Shown here: positions 27,366 through 38,325 of the stretch, in pieces
Position numbering within the stretch: position 1 is the first letter of the stretch
How the letters are laid out: every line of letters starts with the position of its first letter
Assembly: GCF_001447785.1 (NCBI RefSeq)
Contig: NW_015177015.1
Span: 396,165 to 460,164 of the forward strand
Length of the DNA: 64,000 nt
DNA from: Gekko japonicus
Lineage: Eukaryota
Direction of reading: 5' to 3'
Notes under the pieces: generated by a model
Databases searched by the model: none
Seen by the model: only the letters and a program-made list of their open reading frames with translations
Told to the model about the DNA's origin: nothing
Translations under genes and position numbers: made by a program

Positions 27366-27544
27366 GTGAGTATTTAACTTTTTAAAAATCAGTGAATACC
27401 TTTTCAATGTTTGCACTTCCATTCTTCAGCTGTATTAAATACAAATGGTGGCGAGAAGAGCTGGTTTAAGTTTAATTCATTTAATTTTGTTACTTCAGTA
27501 ACATGTAAAAATAGTTTAAAAACTAACAAGCTGTTTATTTGCAG

Positions 27545-27697
27545 CTCATGTCCCTGATGCCAAGAATCCATCTTCTATTCCCCCTTACACTTGTAAGATC
27601 ATTCTGGAGTGATATGATGGAAACAGCCCACAGTTTCATTACTTCCTCATGGACTTTCTACCTTCAAGCTGATGATGGCAAAATAGTGATATTCCAG
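27545..27697 (+). CDS. TMEM59: TMEM59 exon 4 (LMSLMPRIHLLFPLTLVRSFWSDMM...GKIVIFQ)
   Basis: CAG/GT bounded, 153 nt. Confidence 0.96.
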
Positions 27698-27947
27698 GTA
27701 CTTCTTAGCTTGTTCTGCTGTACAGAGTTTAAAGGATGTATTGGTGTTTATAGTTCAGTTATAAATCAAGAAGCTACCTAGTATAATTTGGTCATTTTCC
27801 ATTGGGATTACTGGATTATTTGTTTAAATGCGGGGCATTTATAAATTGTTAGGTATAATGCATGTGTCTCTTGATCGTGCTTGTTGATTTGTTAATGGTA
27901 TATTTTAGGACTGTATATGTACTTTGGAAGTTGTCTTGTAATTTCAG

Positions 27948-28029
27948 TCAAAGCCAGAAGTTCAGTATGTTCAGAGACCTCATCAGGAAACCATGGATCT
28001 AAAAGAATCAACTCAGAGCAAAGCATCTT
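27948..28029 (+). CDS. TMEM59: TMEM59 exon 5 (SKPEVQYVQRPHQETMDLKESTQSKAS)
   Basis: CAG/GTAAGT bounded, 82 nt, SKPE motif. Confidence 0.92.
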
Positions 28030-28439
28030 GTAAGTTATTTGAGGGAACTGTGGGAAATCAAATCCTGCTAACTGGGCCAGCCCAGGCACTCCCTGAGCCC
28101 TCCAAAAGGGGGGGAGAGTCGAGCCTGGCAGTGGCGGAGCTGGCAGCTTCCTGCTTCTCTTTCTCCTCTGCAAGGGAAGGCAGGTTGCGACAACCACTGA
28201 GCCCACAACAAAGCCAGAGAGAGCAGAGCCGTACGTGGTGGAGCTGCTCTTCCTCCCTCCTTCATGCAGGCAGAGTGGGCAGGGGGAAAGCAAGCAGGGG
28301 GACCTGGGTGGGCTGCTGGGTCTAGCAGCATGACTCAAGGCTGTCGCTTGCCAGTGGCGAGCCTCTTTTGGTCCCTCTGGGTCCCTAGACAGTCCCTCAG
28401 GTACACCTGTTGGGTGGGCTGCCTCTGCATACTAATAAT

Positions 28440-28934
28440 CAGGGGTCAATTTTTGCGGGAGCGCACAGGAGCGGAGCTCCAGCAGTAAGGAGCCCAGGGG
28501 GTGGGCACATGCAACAAGCCCCGCCCCCTGCTCCCAGCAGCCCTCAGTTGGGCCACGAGGAGCAAGAAGCAGCCAGGGAAGTTTCAGAGTCCCCCCCCCC
28601 CACCCCGCGCGAGAGCACCNNNNNNNNNNNNNNNNNNNNNNNNNNNNNNNNNNNNNNNNNNNNNNNNNNNNNNNNNNNNNNNNNNNNNNNNNNNNNNNNN
28701 NNNNNACAAGTTTATTCAGGGCACAGCCCCCCCTCCCCCGTGAGGACAGATCTGCCCATCCCCCCCCCCCCCAAATAGCTAGCAATCTAAAACAGTCCAG
28801 TGGAGCCTGAGCAGTGGGTGTTACCTTCTGACACACTTCCAGTGATGTCAGGGGGTGTGGCATATGCAAATAAATTATGCAAATAAGTTATGCTAATGAG
28901 CTCCTGCACCTCTTTTTCTACGAAATGACCCCTG
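28440..28934. mobile_element. Non-autonomous hAT transposon (MITE); spans an assembly gap at 28620-28705
   Basis: TIRs CAGGGGTCAATTT / AAATGACCCCTG; 8-bp TSD CTAATAAT / CTAATCAT; sister copy at 60236-60634. Confidence 0.85.
28620..28705. other. Assembly gap (N run)
   Basis: Run of n between poly-C/GC-rich flanks. Confidence 0.99.
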
Positions 28935-29487
28935 CTAATCATAATTTGTTAGCAGAAAATCAGTCTTTGTATGCAATGGAAAATTGTTTTGCTACTGTGC
29001 GTGACTCCACATCAGTAAGTACACATGATTGGAAAGTTTCTATAATGATTCCAGTTAACCTGCCTCTGTCCAGAGTACAGTTGGGTAGGCTGGTTATTTG
29101 AATGTGGAAACCACACCAATTTAAATTTTAATCTGTCCAAAGTCCCTTACTTTGTGACTGATACCTAAACCTTGTCAGCTGATGTGCATAGTTGTCCTTG
29201 TACCCTCAACCCAGCAAGGCACTATATGTCCAAACAAGTGTTTTTAAAAAGCAGTGATTGTGCTGCTGCTTTCCTCCAACTGTGTATCCCACTGAACCAC
29301 AAGCCACTACTTAAACTTGGCATTGTCAGCTTGTGGTGCTCAACAGAAGGAGCTCCTGGAAGAAAAATAGCTGGCTAGACAGTAGTGACCCCAGTGGATG
29401 TTGGCCATCTTGCTTACAGTGTTTGAATATACATGTACATCTCTGGTTTTATGATGAGTTCAGTGAAGCTGCACTTTAACTTTTCAG

Positions 29488-29572
29488 CAGATCTACAACC
29501 AAGAGGGCCTCAGATACATTCAGAATTTTTTGAAGAGGATGAAAGTGACACCTTCTTCAAATGTATTTCAGT
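29488..29572 (+). CDS. TMEM59: TMEM59 exon 6 (NAGNAG acceptor; alternative start at 29491)
   Basis: TTTTCAGCAG acceptor, GTATGT donor; (S)DLQPRGPQIHSEFFEEDESDTFFKCIS in frame with both neighbours. Confidence 0.9.
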
Positions 29573-30265
29573 GTATGTATCTTGAGCATGCAAAGCAATG
29601 ACTTAAAAAGGGAGAGATTCTGCCCATATGTAATTCAGTCGGTGACCACTCTGAGGCTGTCCTAACCTGTGTTTAATAGCAGCTGTGTAGAGAACTTGTT
29701 AAAGTTAAGCTTCTGATTATGTTGCATCTACTTTCCTTCATGAATAGAAGAATTTACTGTAGTGCTCCACCCATGTCCTTTTAAAACTGACAGTCACTTG
29801 CACGCTTGAAGCTAAACATTACTTCTGAGGCCAAAATGTGCTGTAATATTGCAGAGCTGGGGAGTCAAATTTGAGCAAAACTGCTATTAATTTGAAGAGA
29901 TTGGCATTGGTTTGCGTATGAAAAACTGCTAAGCTGGCTTTGCTGCTCAGCCAGTCAAACTTAATGTGTTTTCTTCTCATCGTTAATTTATAGGAGCCAT
30001 TTACTGTTTTGGTGCTATTAAAATGTATTCACAATGAAATACTGAGTGCTTCATTTTAGGTAAAAATGAGTGGGACAATAAATAACCAGATCCTGACCTG
30101 TCAAATGCAGTAGTTTTATTTGCTTTTAGGAGCTAGCTGACTGTGGGTGGCATCTAAGATTTCTCAAGGTGGACTACGTGGGTAGATCAACTTCAGACAT
30201 TGGGATGAAAGGAAATAAATATGCCTTAAGCTTGACTTTGAGTATCCTTCTTTCTTACATTTCAG

Positions 30266-30374
30266 AAATTCTGGTTGGATATTAACTACTACACTTATCC
30301 TCTCTATACTGGTGTTGCTCTGGATTTGTTGTGCGACTGTTACTACTGCTGTGGAGCAATATGTTCCATCTGAG
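30266..30374 (+). CDS. TMEM59: TMEM59 exon 7, transmembrane segment (NSGWILTTTLILSILVLLWICCATVTTAVEQYVPSE)
   Basis: CAG/GTAACT bounded, 109 nt. Confidence 0.96.
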
Positions 30375-30904
30375 GTAACTTTGAACGTCCAGCATTCTGC
30401 TGCATTATTCTCATTAATACCTGGAAACATGAGGGTATTTGGAGGGGAACGAGGGTACTTCTTGACATGTGAGGTGCATCTAACAATTCTCTTGTTAGTT
30501 CATATAAGTGGCAGTTCAATATTGTGAACAGACATATTGGGTTTTGATCAGTTGTTCTGTAGTAGAGTTCTAGAGTACACTTGTTCTGTAGTAGAGTTCT
30601 AGAGTAACCATTAACTGTCTCACCAGCTGATACGATTTCTGAAGGCAAATTTGAGATTTTAGGGGTTATTATGCCAGAAAACAAAAGGTAACCAGGATGT
30701 CATGGGGGTGAATGCTAGCAGTGGAAAGAAGAAAGGCACCTGGTACACTAGTTTCTGCTTGCTAAGGGGTTCTTCTTTAAATATGCTAGATATTGTTTTA
30801 TAAATACAATATTTAAACATTCAGCATTTGTCTTAAAGCTGTGATTCAGTCATTCCAAGAAATGTGGATAAAATAGTACAAAGTATCTCAAAAGCAGAAG
30901 GCAC

Positions 30905-31105
30905 CTTGGTGGTGGAAAGTGTTGTCGTCACATGGTAACCCTATAGGGTTTTCAAGGCAAGAGACGTTCAGAAGTGGTTTGCCATTGCTTGCTTCTGCGT
31001 AGCAACCCTGGGCTTCCTTGGTGGCCCCAAAACCAAGTAGTGACCAGGGCCAGCCCTGCTTAGCTTCCAAAATCTGGTGAGATCAGGCTAGCCTGGGACA
31101 TCCTA
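30905..31105 (-). mobile_element. 5S rRNA-headed SINE
   Basis: Minus strand GATCTCACCAGATTTTGGAAGCTAAGCAGGG...TACTTGG resembles the 5S internal control region, followed by a LINE-type tail. Confidence 0.8.
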
Positions 31106-31318
31106 ATCAGGGGAGCAATATATGACCCTTGAAAAAGCAATGGTGTTTAGTGTTCAAGGGTAAGGTATGCTTTGAGTGTCACTATTGTCTCTTAAGAATA
31201 ATTGGCTTTTTCACTCCCTAAATACTTATTTGTGCACAAAGGAAAGAATTCTGGTGGGTGAGCTAAATGATTGTATTTTGTCTGAAATGCCCTACACACT
31301 GATGTTTGGTTTTTCTAG

Positions 31319-31471
31319 AAGCTGAGTATCTATGGAGACTTGGAATACATGAATGAACAGAAGCTGCACCGATATCCAACTTCTGCTCTTGTGGTGGTTA
31401 AAGGCAAAACTGATGAACAGGAAGCAGGACCCCTTCCAGCAAAAGTTAACCTGGCTCACTCAGCAATATAA
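31319..31471 (+). CDS. TMEM59: TMEM59 last exon (KLSIYGDLEYMNEQKL...VNLAHSAI*)
   Basis: TAG acceptor, TAA stop; completes the YVPSEKLSIYGDL ATG16L1-binding motif; AATAAA at 31577-31582. Confidence 0.96.
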   Translation, partial: KLSIYGDLEYMNEQKLHRYPTSALVVVKGKTDEQEAGPLPAKVNLAHSAI

Positions 31472-32289
31472 ATAGCTTTTCAAAATTAATTTGGTTGTCT
31501 GACTCTACAACTTCTGTCAGCTCTGGTGACTTTTTCTAAATAAGGACTAGGGTGGGGAGTTCAGCTTTCAGATGCAAATAAAGTTACCAAATCAGTGGAG
31601 GCTCTACTGTCCGTGTATTTTCCACTAATGAAAAAATTCAGATGGTGGGTGTAGGTTTGTGGTGTATGCACACTTGTTTGCAGCTTTTTTTCTTACCAAA
31701 AATTACAAATATTGTCTGTACAGTGAGGTCCTGGTATTTGCATATGATGGCCATCTGTTAGTCCTTCAGAATGTATATTTGGAATCCATTTCAAAAAAAT
31801 ATAAGGAATCTTCGGTGGTCAAAGATGCCTGGAAGTTGACTTCTCAGCTACGGATAGAACCTAACATGTAGAGCTGCTTGTAAAAACCTTTCTGCCTGGT
31901 ACAGCCTGTGTTCCATGGAGAACAATCAGTTTCTTTCTGCACCTTGTCAACTACCAGTACTATAGGTCAGAAGTAAAATTTTAATAAAATTCCACGTATG
32001 TCCAGTTGGAATTCTGTATTGTATTCCTTTGAAGCAAGCTCCCAAAGTGGTTATTTAAAATTAGGTTATATTATTTTTCATATTTTCTCACTTAGATTTG
32101 CTGGCTTTCACATCTTAATGTGATTACTTCACTTCCTGAAAACTGGTTCCTAAGCAGAAGCAAAACTGTAAGCAAACAGAGTATTGGCCACCTCTGTGTT
32201 CTAGTACTAAATTGACCACAATGTGTGTAGTGTGTGTGATGCTATCTTCACCAACACTTTTTTTTTTTGTATTTTGCGTGTGTCTGCAC

Positions 32290-32490
32290 CTGGAAGACTG
32301 GTTGACCTCTGGTGATTGACCCCTAATGGGCACCTGGAGGATATTCAGAGAAGTGGCTGAACAAAGCCTGCCTTTGTCCTCCCAACTTTGTATTCCAAGG
32401 AAGTCTCCCATCCAAGTACTAACCACAGTCAACTCTGCTTAGCTTCCAAGATCTGATGAGATCAGTCTTGTCTGGGCTATCCAGGTTAGG
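32290..32490 (-). mobile_element. 5S rRNA-headed SINE with a different body and A-rich tail
   Basis: Minus strand GATCTCATCAGATCTTGGAAGCTAAGCAG...GTTAGTACTTGGATGGGAGAC. Confidence 0.78.
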
Positions 32491-34856
32491 GCTTCACCAA
32501 CACTTCTTGAAACTGAGGTCATGTGTTCTTTTTACAACTTAACTGGAATACCTCAATAGTTTTATAAGAGTGAACAAATGTCTTATTGAATACAATTCTG
32601 TAAATCAGTACTTTCCATGAGAGCTTTCAAGTTCCTATTAGCTTGGTTTGCTTTTTAAACATAGTTCTTAATGGGAAGCACAGAGAATTTGTGCCCAGCA
32701 TTATGCACATGTGCTTCTAAAACGTTAATTCGCTCTTTGGCAGGGAATAAAATTGTATTAGGAAAGATTGTGTAATTAACTCTGGCATCATAAGCAGAGT
32801 TACTCTAAGCCCATTTACTTCAGGGGGCTGAGAAAGGTGTAACTCTCCTTAGGGTGGCTCTGTTGCTCTTCTGAAGTCAGATGAAAAAAAAGAGGTAAGC
32901 AATTGTAACTGGAGAATTTATGATGGTCTAGATGCAAACCGCTAAAATAAAAATCAGATGGAATTTTCTGTTAGTGTTGTTATATTGGAAGAATCTCTAA
33001 GTATAGTGTAAAAATTGACTTTTATAATTTAATTTTGAAAGTGGGCTTTTCTATTTAAATTAGTGCTCCCAAAAAGCTGTAATAGGATCCAAACAAATTA
33101 TTGCCAATTTCTTATCCGGGCTCTACATTGTGTTTTCTAAAGTCTGAGAAACAGGCAGTACTCTGATTCAACCTGTGAAATAGCTGCTCTGAAGCAACTT
33201 CTGCAGTCAATTGTGTCTCACTATTACATGGTAACTTCCACAATCTCTGTGGTCTTGGTTTTTTTTAACATGCAGGGGTGAAAGATACTATGCAGTGATT
33301 ATTTCAGCCATATTTACTTTAAACTATACATTATGTTAGGATTAATTTAATTTCTGACTCTAATTTTGTGTGATATATCTGCTTAATTGTGAAAACTCCC
33401 TAACTATAAGTGCACAGGAGGTGAAATGGACTGAAATTAAGATGTCTTAACAGCATGAAGTTATGTTACATTGACTGTTGTTAAAATGGAGGGGCTCATC
33501 AAGATATTGTGGTGCTTGTTTCTAGACTTGTAGCTCTTTATGGCAAACTTGAATAAGAATCTATTTAACATTGTTCAATAAATCCATGCCTCAAAGAACT
33601 AGCTGCTCAGTTTTATAACATGAAGACTTTACAATCTGTGTAGCAAGTCTTAACTTTGAGATCATCATATTCCATTGTGAGTGATCTTAGAAACAGCTCT
33701 GAAAGCTGCCCTTTGCTGGGATCCAGATCAATCAGGTGAAAAACACTCTTCCATATGTATGGCGATACCAGTATTCAGATTGCTTTTAACATTAAAATAT
33801 CCCATAACTTCTAGACACTCACTGTTATTTCCTATGATTGCACAGGACAGCATCCCGGTCCATTTTACTGTATAAATCTCTAATATAACAGTGTTACGAG
33901 GTAGCTCTCAGTTCTGATATAGAACCACAAACTTATCTCAAACTGCTCTTCACAGTCCCTGAACTTTAATCCGCCAGCTATGTTGTGTTGGTATGAGGGG
34001 TGGAACCAAATCATAGAGGTTTGTTTTTTTTAAAAAATGAGACTTAGTATTTTGGCTCCAATGTGAAATTTGGTTAGCCAAGTTGCATTCCTACGTAACA
34101 ATCACCCTAGCAATGTGTGACGACGAATATATAGCACCCAGATCAATATTTCTGCTCATATTAGATCTAGCAGGTTATGTCATGCCTATCTGTAGGACAG
34201 TGAAGCGGGGCCACCCACAAGCACAATAGGAGCTTGCATGCTCCGGAGCCTTCCTAGATAAATCAGTAAATATCTCTGTCAATTTGTAAAATTCCCCACC
34301 CCTACCATGACCTAATGAGAAGACAACATGCTCAGTGTGTCCAAAAACCACAGAATATTGAGGGCACTTCAGTGTTGGGGATGTGTGTAAGAATTGGACT
34401 GGTTGAGGCCTGACCCACAGTAGTATATTCAGGGGTGGAAAATGGTCGGTAAAATCAGTAAAAGTCAGTTTTTTAAAAAAATTGGTCAGTAAAGTCTATT
34501 TCTTTGATTTTTGTGAATGCAGTTTGTGTTTTTCCATTTTCATTACTGCATTTTTGGGGAAACATGATGACTTCCCAGTGAAAAGACAGATTGTTTTCAG
34601 TTTAGTTATGAAGTACTTTAAGGACTTTGTTCCTAAGAGTAAAAGTGGTTTAGTGAAATCTTCCACAAAGTATAGAAACATAATTAACCTCTTAAAACAC
34701 GAGACAATGAAAGTAGAGGTGATGGATATTGTGGAATTCGACATGGCACAGCTCATGCTAGGAGTTGAGAAAGCAATGGAAGAAGAGGACAAGGGGAAAA
34801 ATGCTTGTGGAAGCAGTGCAAAAAACTGTTGAGAAACTAAAGAGTTCCTGAATAAC

Positions 34857-35775
34857 TTTATTCATTTATTTATTCAATTTATACCCCACCCTCCCTGCTG
34901 AGTGGGCTCAGGGCGGCTTACAAAGAGATTAAACATATAGACAGCTGTGCCCTGTGGGACCTAGTTTATTTAATTATTAATTATTCAACTTATACCCTGC
35001 CCTCCCTGCAAAGCAGGCTTAGGGTGGCATACATTCATTAAAACAAATTCCATAATATATAAATAGCAGTTAAAATCCATTAAAATCCACATACAACAAT
35101 TCAGTTTCAGTAATAATAATAATAATAATAAGTGCTGTCAATGGTTTCACTAATTATGCAAGGCAGCATACTCTTTATAAGTTTTTCAGTTACTTGTGTG
35201 ATGTTCTTCACACAGGCCGGCTATCACAGCAGAGAGTTGGTGGTGATAGTGGGGGCGGCTCCTAGTTGAAGGCCTGGTGGAAGAGCTCCATCTTGTAGGC
35301 CCAACGGAACTGTAAAAGGTCCTGAGGGCCCTGATCTCTTCTGGGAGCTCATTTCATCAGTACGGAGCAACAACTGAGAAGGCCCTAGCCCTGGTTGTGG
35401 CCAGCCTGGCATTTTTAAGACCTGGGAGGCCAATTTTGTGACCCTGAACACAGTGCTCTCAGGGGAACGTGTGGGGAAAGGCGTTCCCTCAGGTATGTGG
35501 GCCCCTGACCATAAAGGGCTTTAAAGGTAAGTACCAGCACCTTGAAGTGAATTCGGTATGCTATCGACAGCCAGTGCTGGATGTGCTCCCATATAGTGAG
35601 GCCCATCAGAAACCCGGTTGCAGGATTTTGCACTAGCTGTAGCTTCTGGATTTGGGTCAAGGGCAGCCCCATGTAGAGAGCATTACAGTAGTCCAATCCT
35701 GAGGTGACCATTGCATGGATCACTGTCGCCAAGTCATTGCATTCGAGTAAGGGAACCAACTGCCTAAGAACACAA
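34857..35775 (-). mobile_element. L2 fragments (two 3' tails plus RT C-terminus)
   Basis: LDYCNALYMGLP..KLQLVQN..FKVLVLTFKAL motifs; (TAAA)-type tails at ~34857 and ~34965. Confidence 0.88.
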
Positions 35776-36755
35776 GCTGCAGCCCAGCAACTGATGAGCA
35801 GAAAGGTACGGGTTGATATGGATTTCTCCTGATGTTCCCCTCCTCTCATTGGTCCCTTCTGACCCCTGGGAAGGGTTTTCTCCCATAGACAAAAAGGCAC
35901 ATGGAGTGTGTTTGGGGGCGGTACAGTGTGGAAGGAGAAAGGTGAGATCCGTCCCTCTTCCGCCAGCAAAGCTACACATCCAAAAGAAGTGTGACCCTCC
36001 CCCCCCCTTGTTACTGCGATCCCCAAGCCATGTAGCTGTTGCAGATTCACTCCAGTGCTGAGTTAAATGTGGAAGAAGCCAATTGTTTTTACTGTTGTAT
36101 TATGGGCAAATTTCCCAATTGCTTATACAAGTTCCCATGAGTCTTCATGGGCTTTAACTTGTAGGATTCTGATGCTAAAAGTCTTGTATGTGCTGTGCTG
36201 TTTACCTTGTAATCAATATATATGAACAAAAGGCAGAAATCCATTTTTAGTCATCGTAGTAGTCCCTTTTAAAGCACAATGGTTTCTAATCCATGTTAGT
36301 GAAAACAAACTCAAGGGAGTAGCATTTCTACCAGAAAATTAAAGATAAGAACATTAAATGGCCAGCCACTTTCCTATGAATCTGAAACACAGTCTTCGTC
36401 AGTCGTATATCTGTCTCACTTCCATTGGCAGGGATACCTGTCTTAACTATCCACCAGGAGTCAGGATGCAATTACTTAATCATCATTTGTGTCCTTAGCC
36501 ATAGAGACAGTTGATCTGGTTTCACGTGTTCACATTGACTACCTTTATCAGGTATGACTGGGATTAGAATGACCCTTGTCTGTTTCTCCTTGGTAACCAG
36601 GTAACCCCACCTCAGGAATGCATTTAGTAGTTTGGTCTCCTAATAAAGTAAAGCAGTTTCAAAGGAGCTCTTGCTATACCTAGCAGCAAAGTCTGAACAC
36701 TGATGGAAGACTTGTCAAAACAGCTCCTAGTTGCTTTGCAGTGAGCAGGAGGAAG

Positions 36756-36776
36756 ATGAATAGAACTCATCCCCAG
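36756..36776 (+). CDS. LDLRAD1: LDLRAD1 exon 1 (MNRTHPQ)
   Basis: ATG in AAGATG context, 21 nt, CAG/GTAT donor; corresponds to recalled human MNKVFPQ. Confidence 0.75.
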
Positions 36777-37124
36777 GTATAAAATCATCCATCACCTTTG
36801 AGAAGTGATTTGTAATTATTGTTTTTAGTATGATCAGCCACTGGGTTTTTTAAATGCTGGCTTCAGTTGGTTCCTACGAATTACAAGAGTAACACTGATC
36901 TCAAATGAAATAATATTATCTGCATGTTTCACAAATACGGAAAATGTTTTTTAAAAAATTTAAAATCTCTGTGTGGTGACATACATTCTGCAATTGGATA
37001 GGGATGTGGTAAATTTAACTTACATGCTGTCTCTTTGCTTTAAGGTTATGCATGTTCTCTGTGTGTTGTCTTAGAGATTTTTTTCCTTACCATAAGGTAT
37101 GAATTTTATTTTTATTAAATACAG

Positions 37125-37173
37125 AATGCCGTTTCACTGGGTTCAAGAAAATCCCTCTTTGCTGCTACGAGAG
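37125..37173 (+). CDS. LDLRAD1: LDLRAD1 exon 2 (NAVSLGSRKSLFAATR)
   Basis: T-rich tract plus CAG acceptor, GAG/GTAATT donor, 49 nt, phase 0 to 1, expected position and size; protein sequence poorly conserved. Confidence 0.65.
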
Positions 37174-37824
37174 GTAATTAGTACTTGTCCTCCTACAAAA
37201 TATTTCTGTAATATATAAAAAATAAAGGACACACAGGCATGTTCAAAAAGTAGAAAATAATTGAAAGATTTAAAGAATGTAATATACATATAAATTACCA
37301 ATTAGTGTTTAATAGTTTGGTCTAAAAATGGGCTAATTATAGAAGATGTTATAAACAAAATGCCTTTCATTCACTGAGAAGTAGCATTCTCTAGGCAGGA
37401 GATCTGTGTCTAGAAACGTCATGAAACATACCTAACTTAATCTTTATGCTTTAGTTGCAGCATTTGTCAGGGGTTTTCCACCTCCATTGAAATGGTGGAG
37501 CAGAGGCCGTATGTATGACAGCAGTGAGAAACTTGGAGGGAATGTTTGTTTCAGAGTATTTCAGAGCAGTTTGCTTATTTCTGTCGGCATCTTTTGTCTT
37601 CAGTCTCCACATTTCCTAGTAGAAAAGTTTTAGAAAAAAGAGTCCATGGCATTTCACGACAGCTAATTCTTAAACATCTCATAAAAGGATGGCAATGATA
37701 GATTTTTGAGACTCTAAAGGCAAATATGAGCCTTGTGGGAGAGAGGGGAGAGGAACTGGTGAAGGATTACAAGCAGCTGCTAAGACCTAATCCTCCCTCA
37801 GTGGCAGCTTCACAAAATGGACTA

Positions 37825-37932
37825 ATTTATTTATTTATTTATTTATTATTCACATTTCTATCCCGCCCTCCCCGGAGGCTCAGGGCGGCTTACAGGGCAT
37901 AATGCCAGATAAAACAGTAAAACAATACAAAA
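37825..37932 (-). mobile_element. L2 3' tail abutting the DIRS right terminus
   Basis: (TTTA)n plus atcccgccctccc...gctcagggcggcttaca, as in the other L2 tails. Confidence 0.8.
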
Positions 37933-38325
37933 AAACAGGTGATCTACGAGTGGTCATCTGTGCATTCACACCGATGGGTCTAGTGCGCCTGCGCTGGACC
38001 AGACCAGTACTGTAGCAAGCTCTTTCCGAAGGAATCTTCGCGCTCGTTCCCTCAGGCAGCAGCAGGAGCCCAGTGCGCATGCCCAGAGGGACGGGCGCGG
38101 ACATCCCCTCAGTTCCTCCAAAACACCGCCGCATATCAACCTCCAACAGGAAAGTAGAAGCTGACAGCAGCGGGGAAGGAGGGTGGGTGGTGTGAATGCT
38201 CAGATGACCACTCGAAGATCACCAGTTACTGGTAAGCAACCTGTTTATCTTCTTCGTGGTCTCTGTGCTTCACACCGATGGGAGATTAGCGAGCTATAGC
38301 CTACCTGGAGGAGGGTGCTGGCAGG

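Noticed and set aside
30552-30606. 26-bp direct repeat as a CRISPR-like or regulatory array
   Set aside because: Only two adjacent copies in a eukaryotic intron; a simple local duplication.
30905-32490. 5S rRNA genes
   Set aside because: The 5S-like segments are diverged, lack proper ends and are fused to SINE bodies.
37075-37096. AG...GT-bounded micro-exon upstream of LDLRAD1 exon 2
   Set aside because: In frame with exon 1 it contains a TAA stop.
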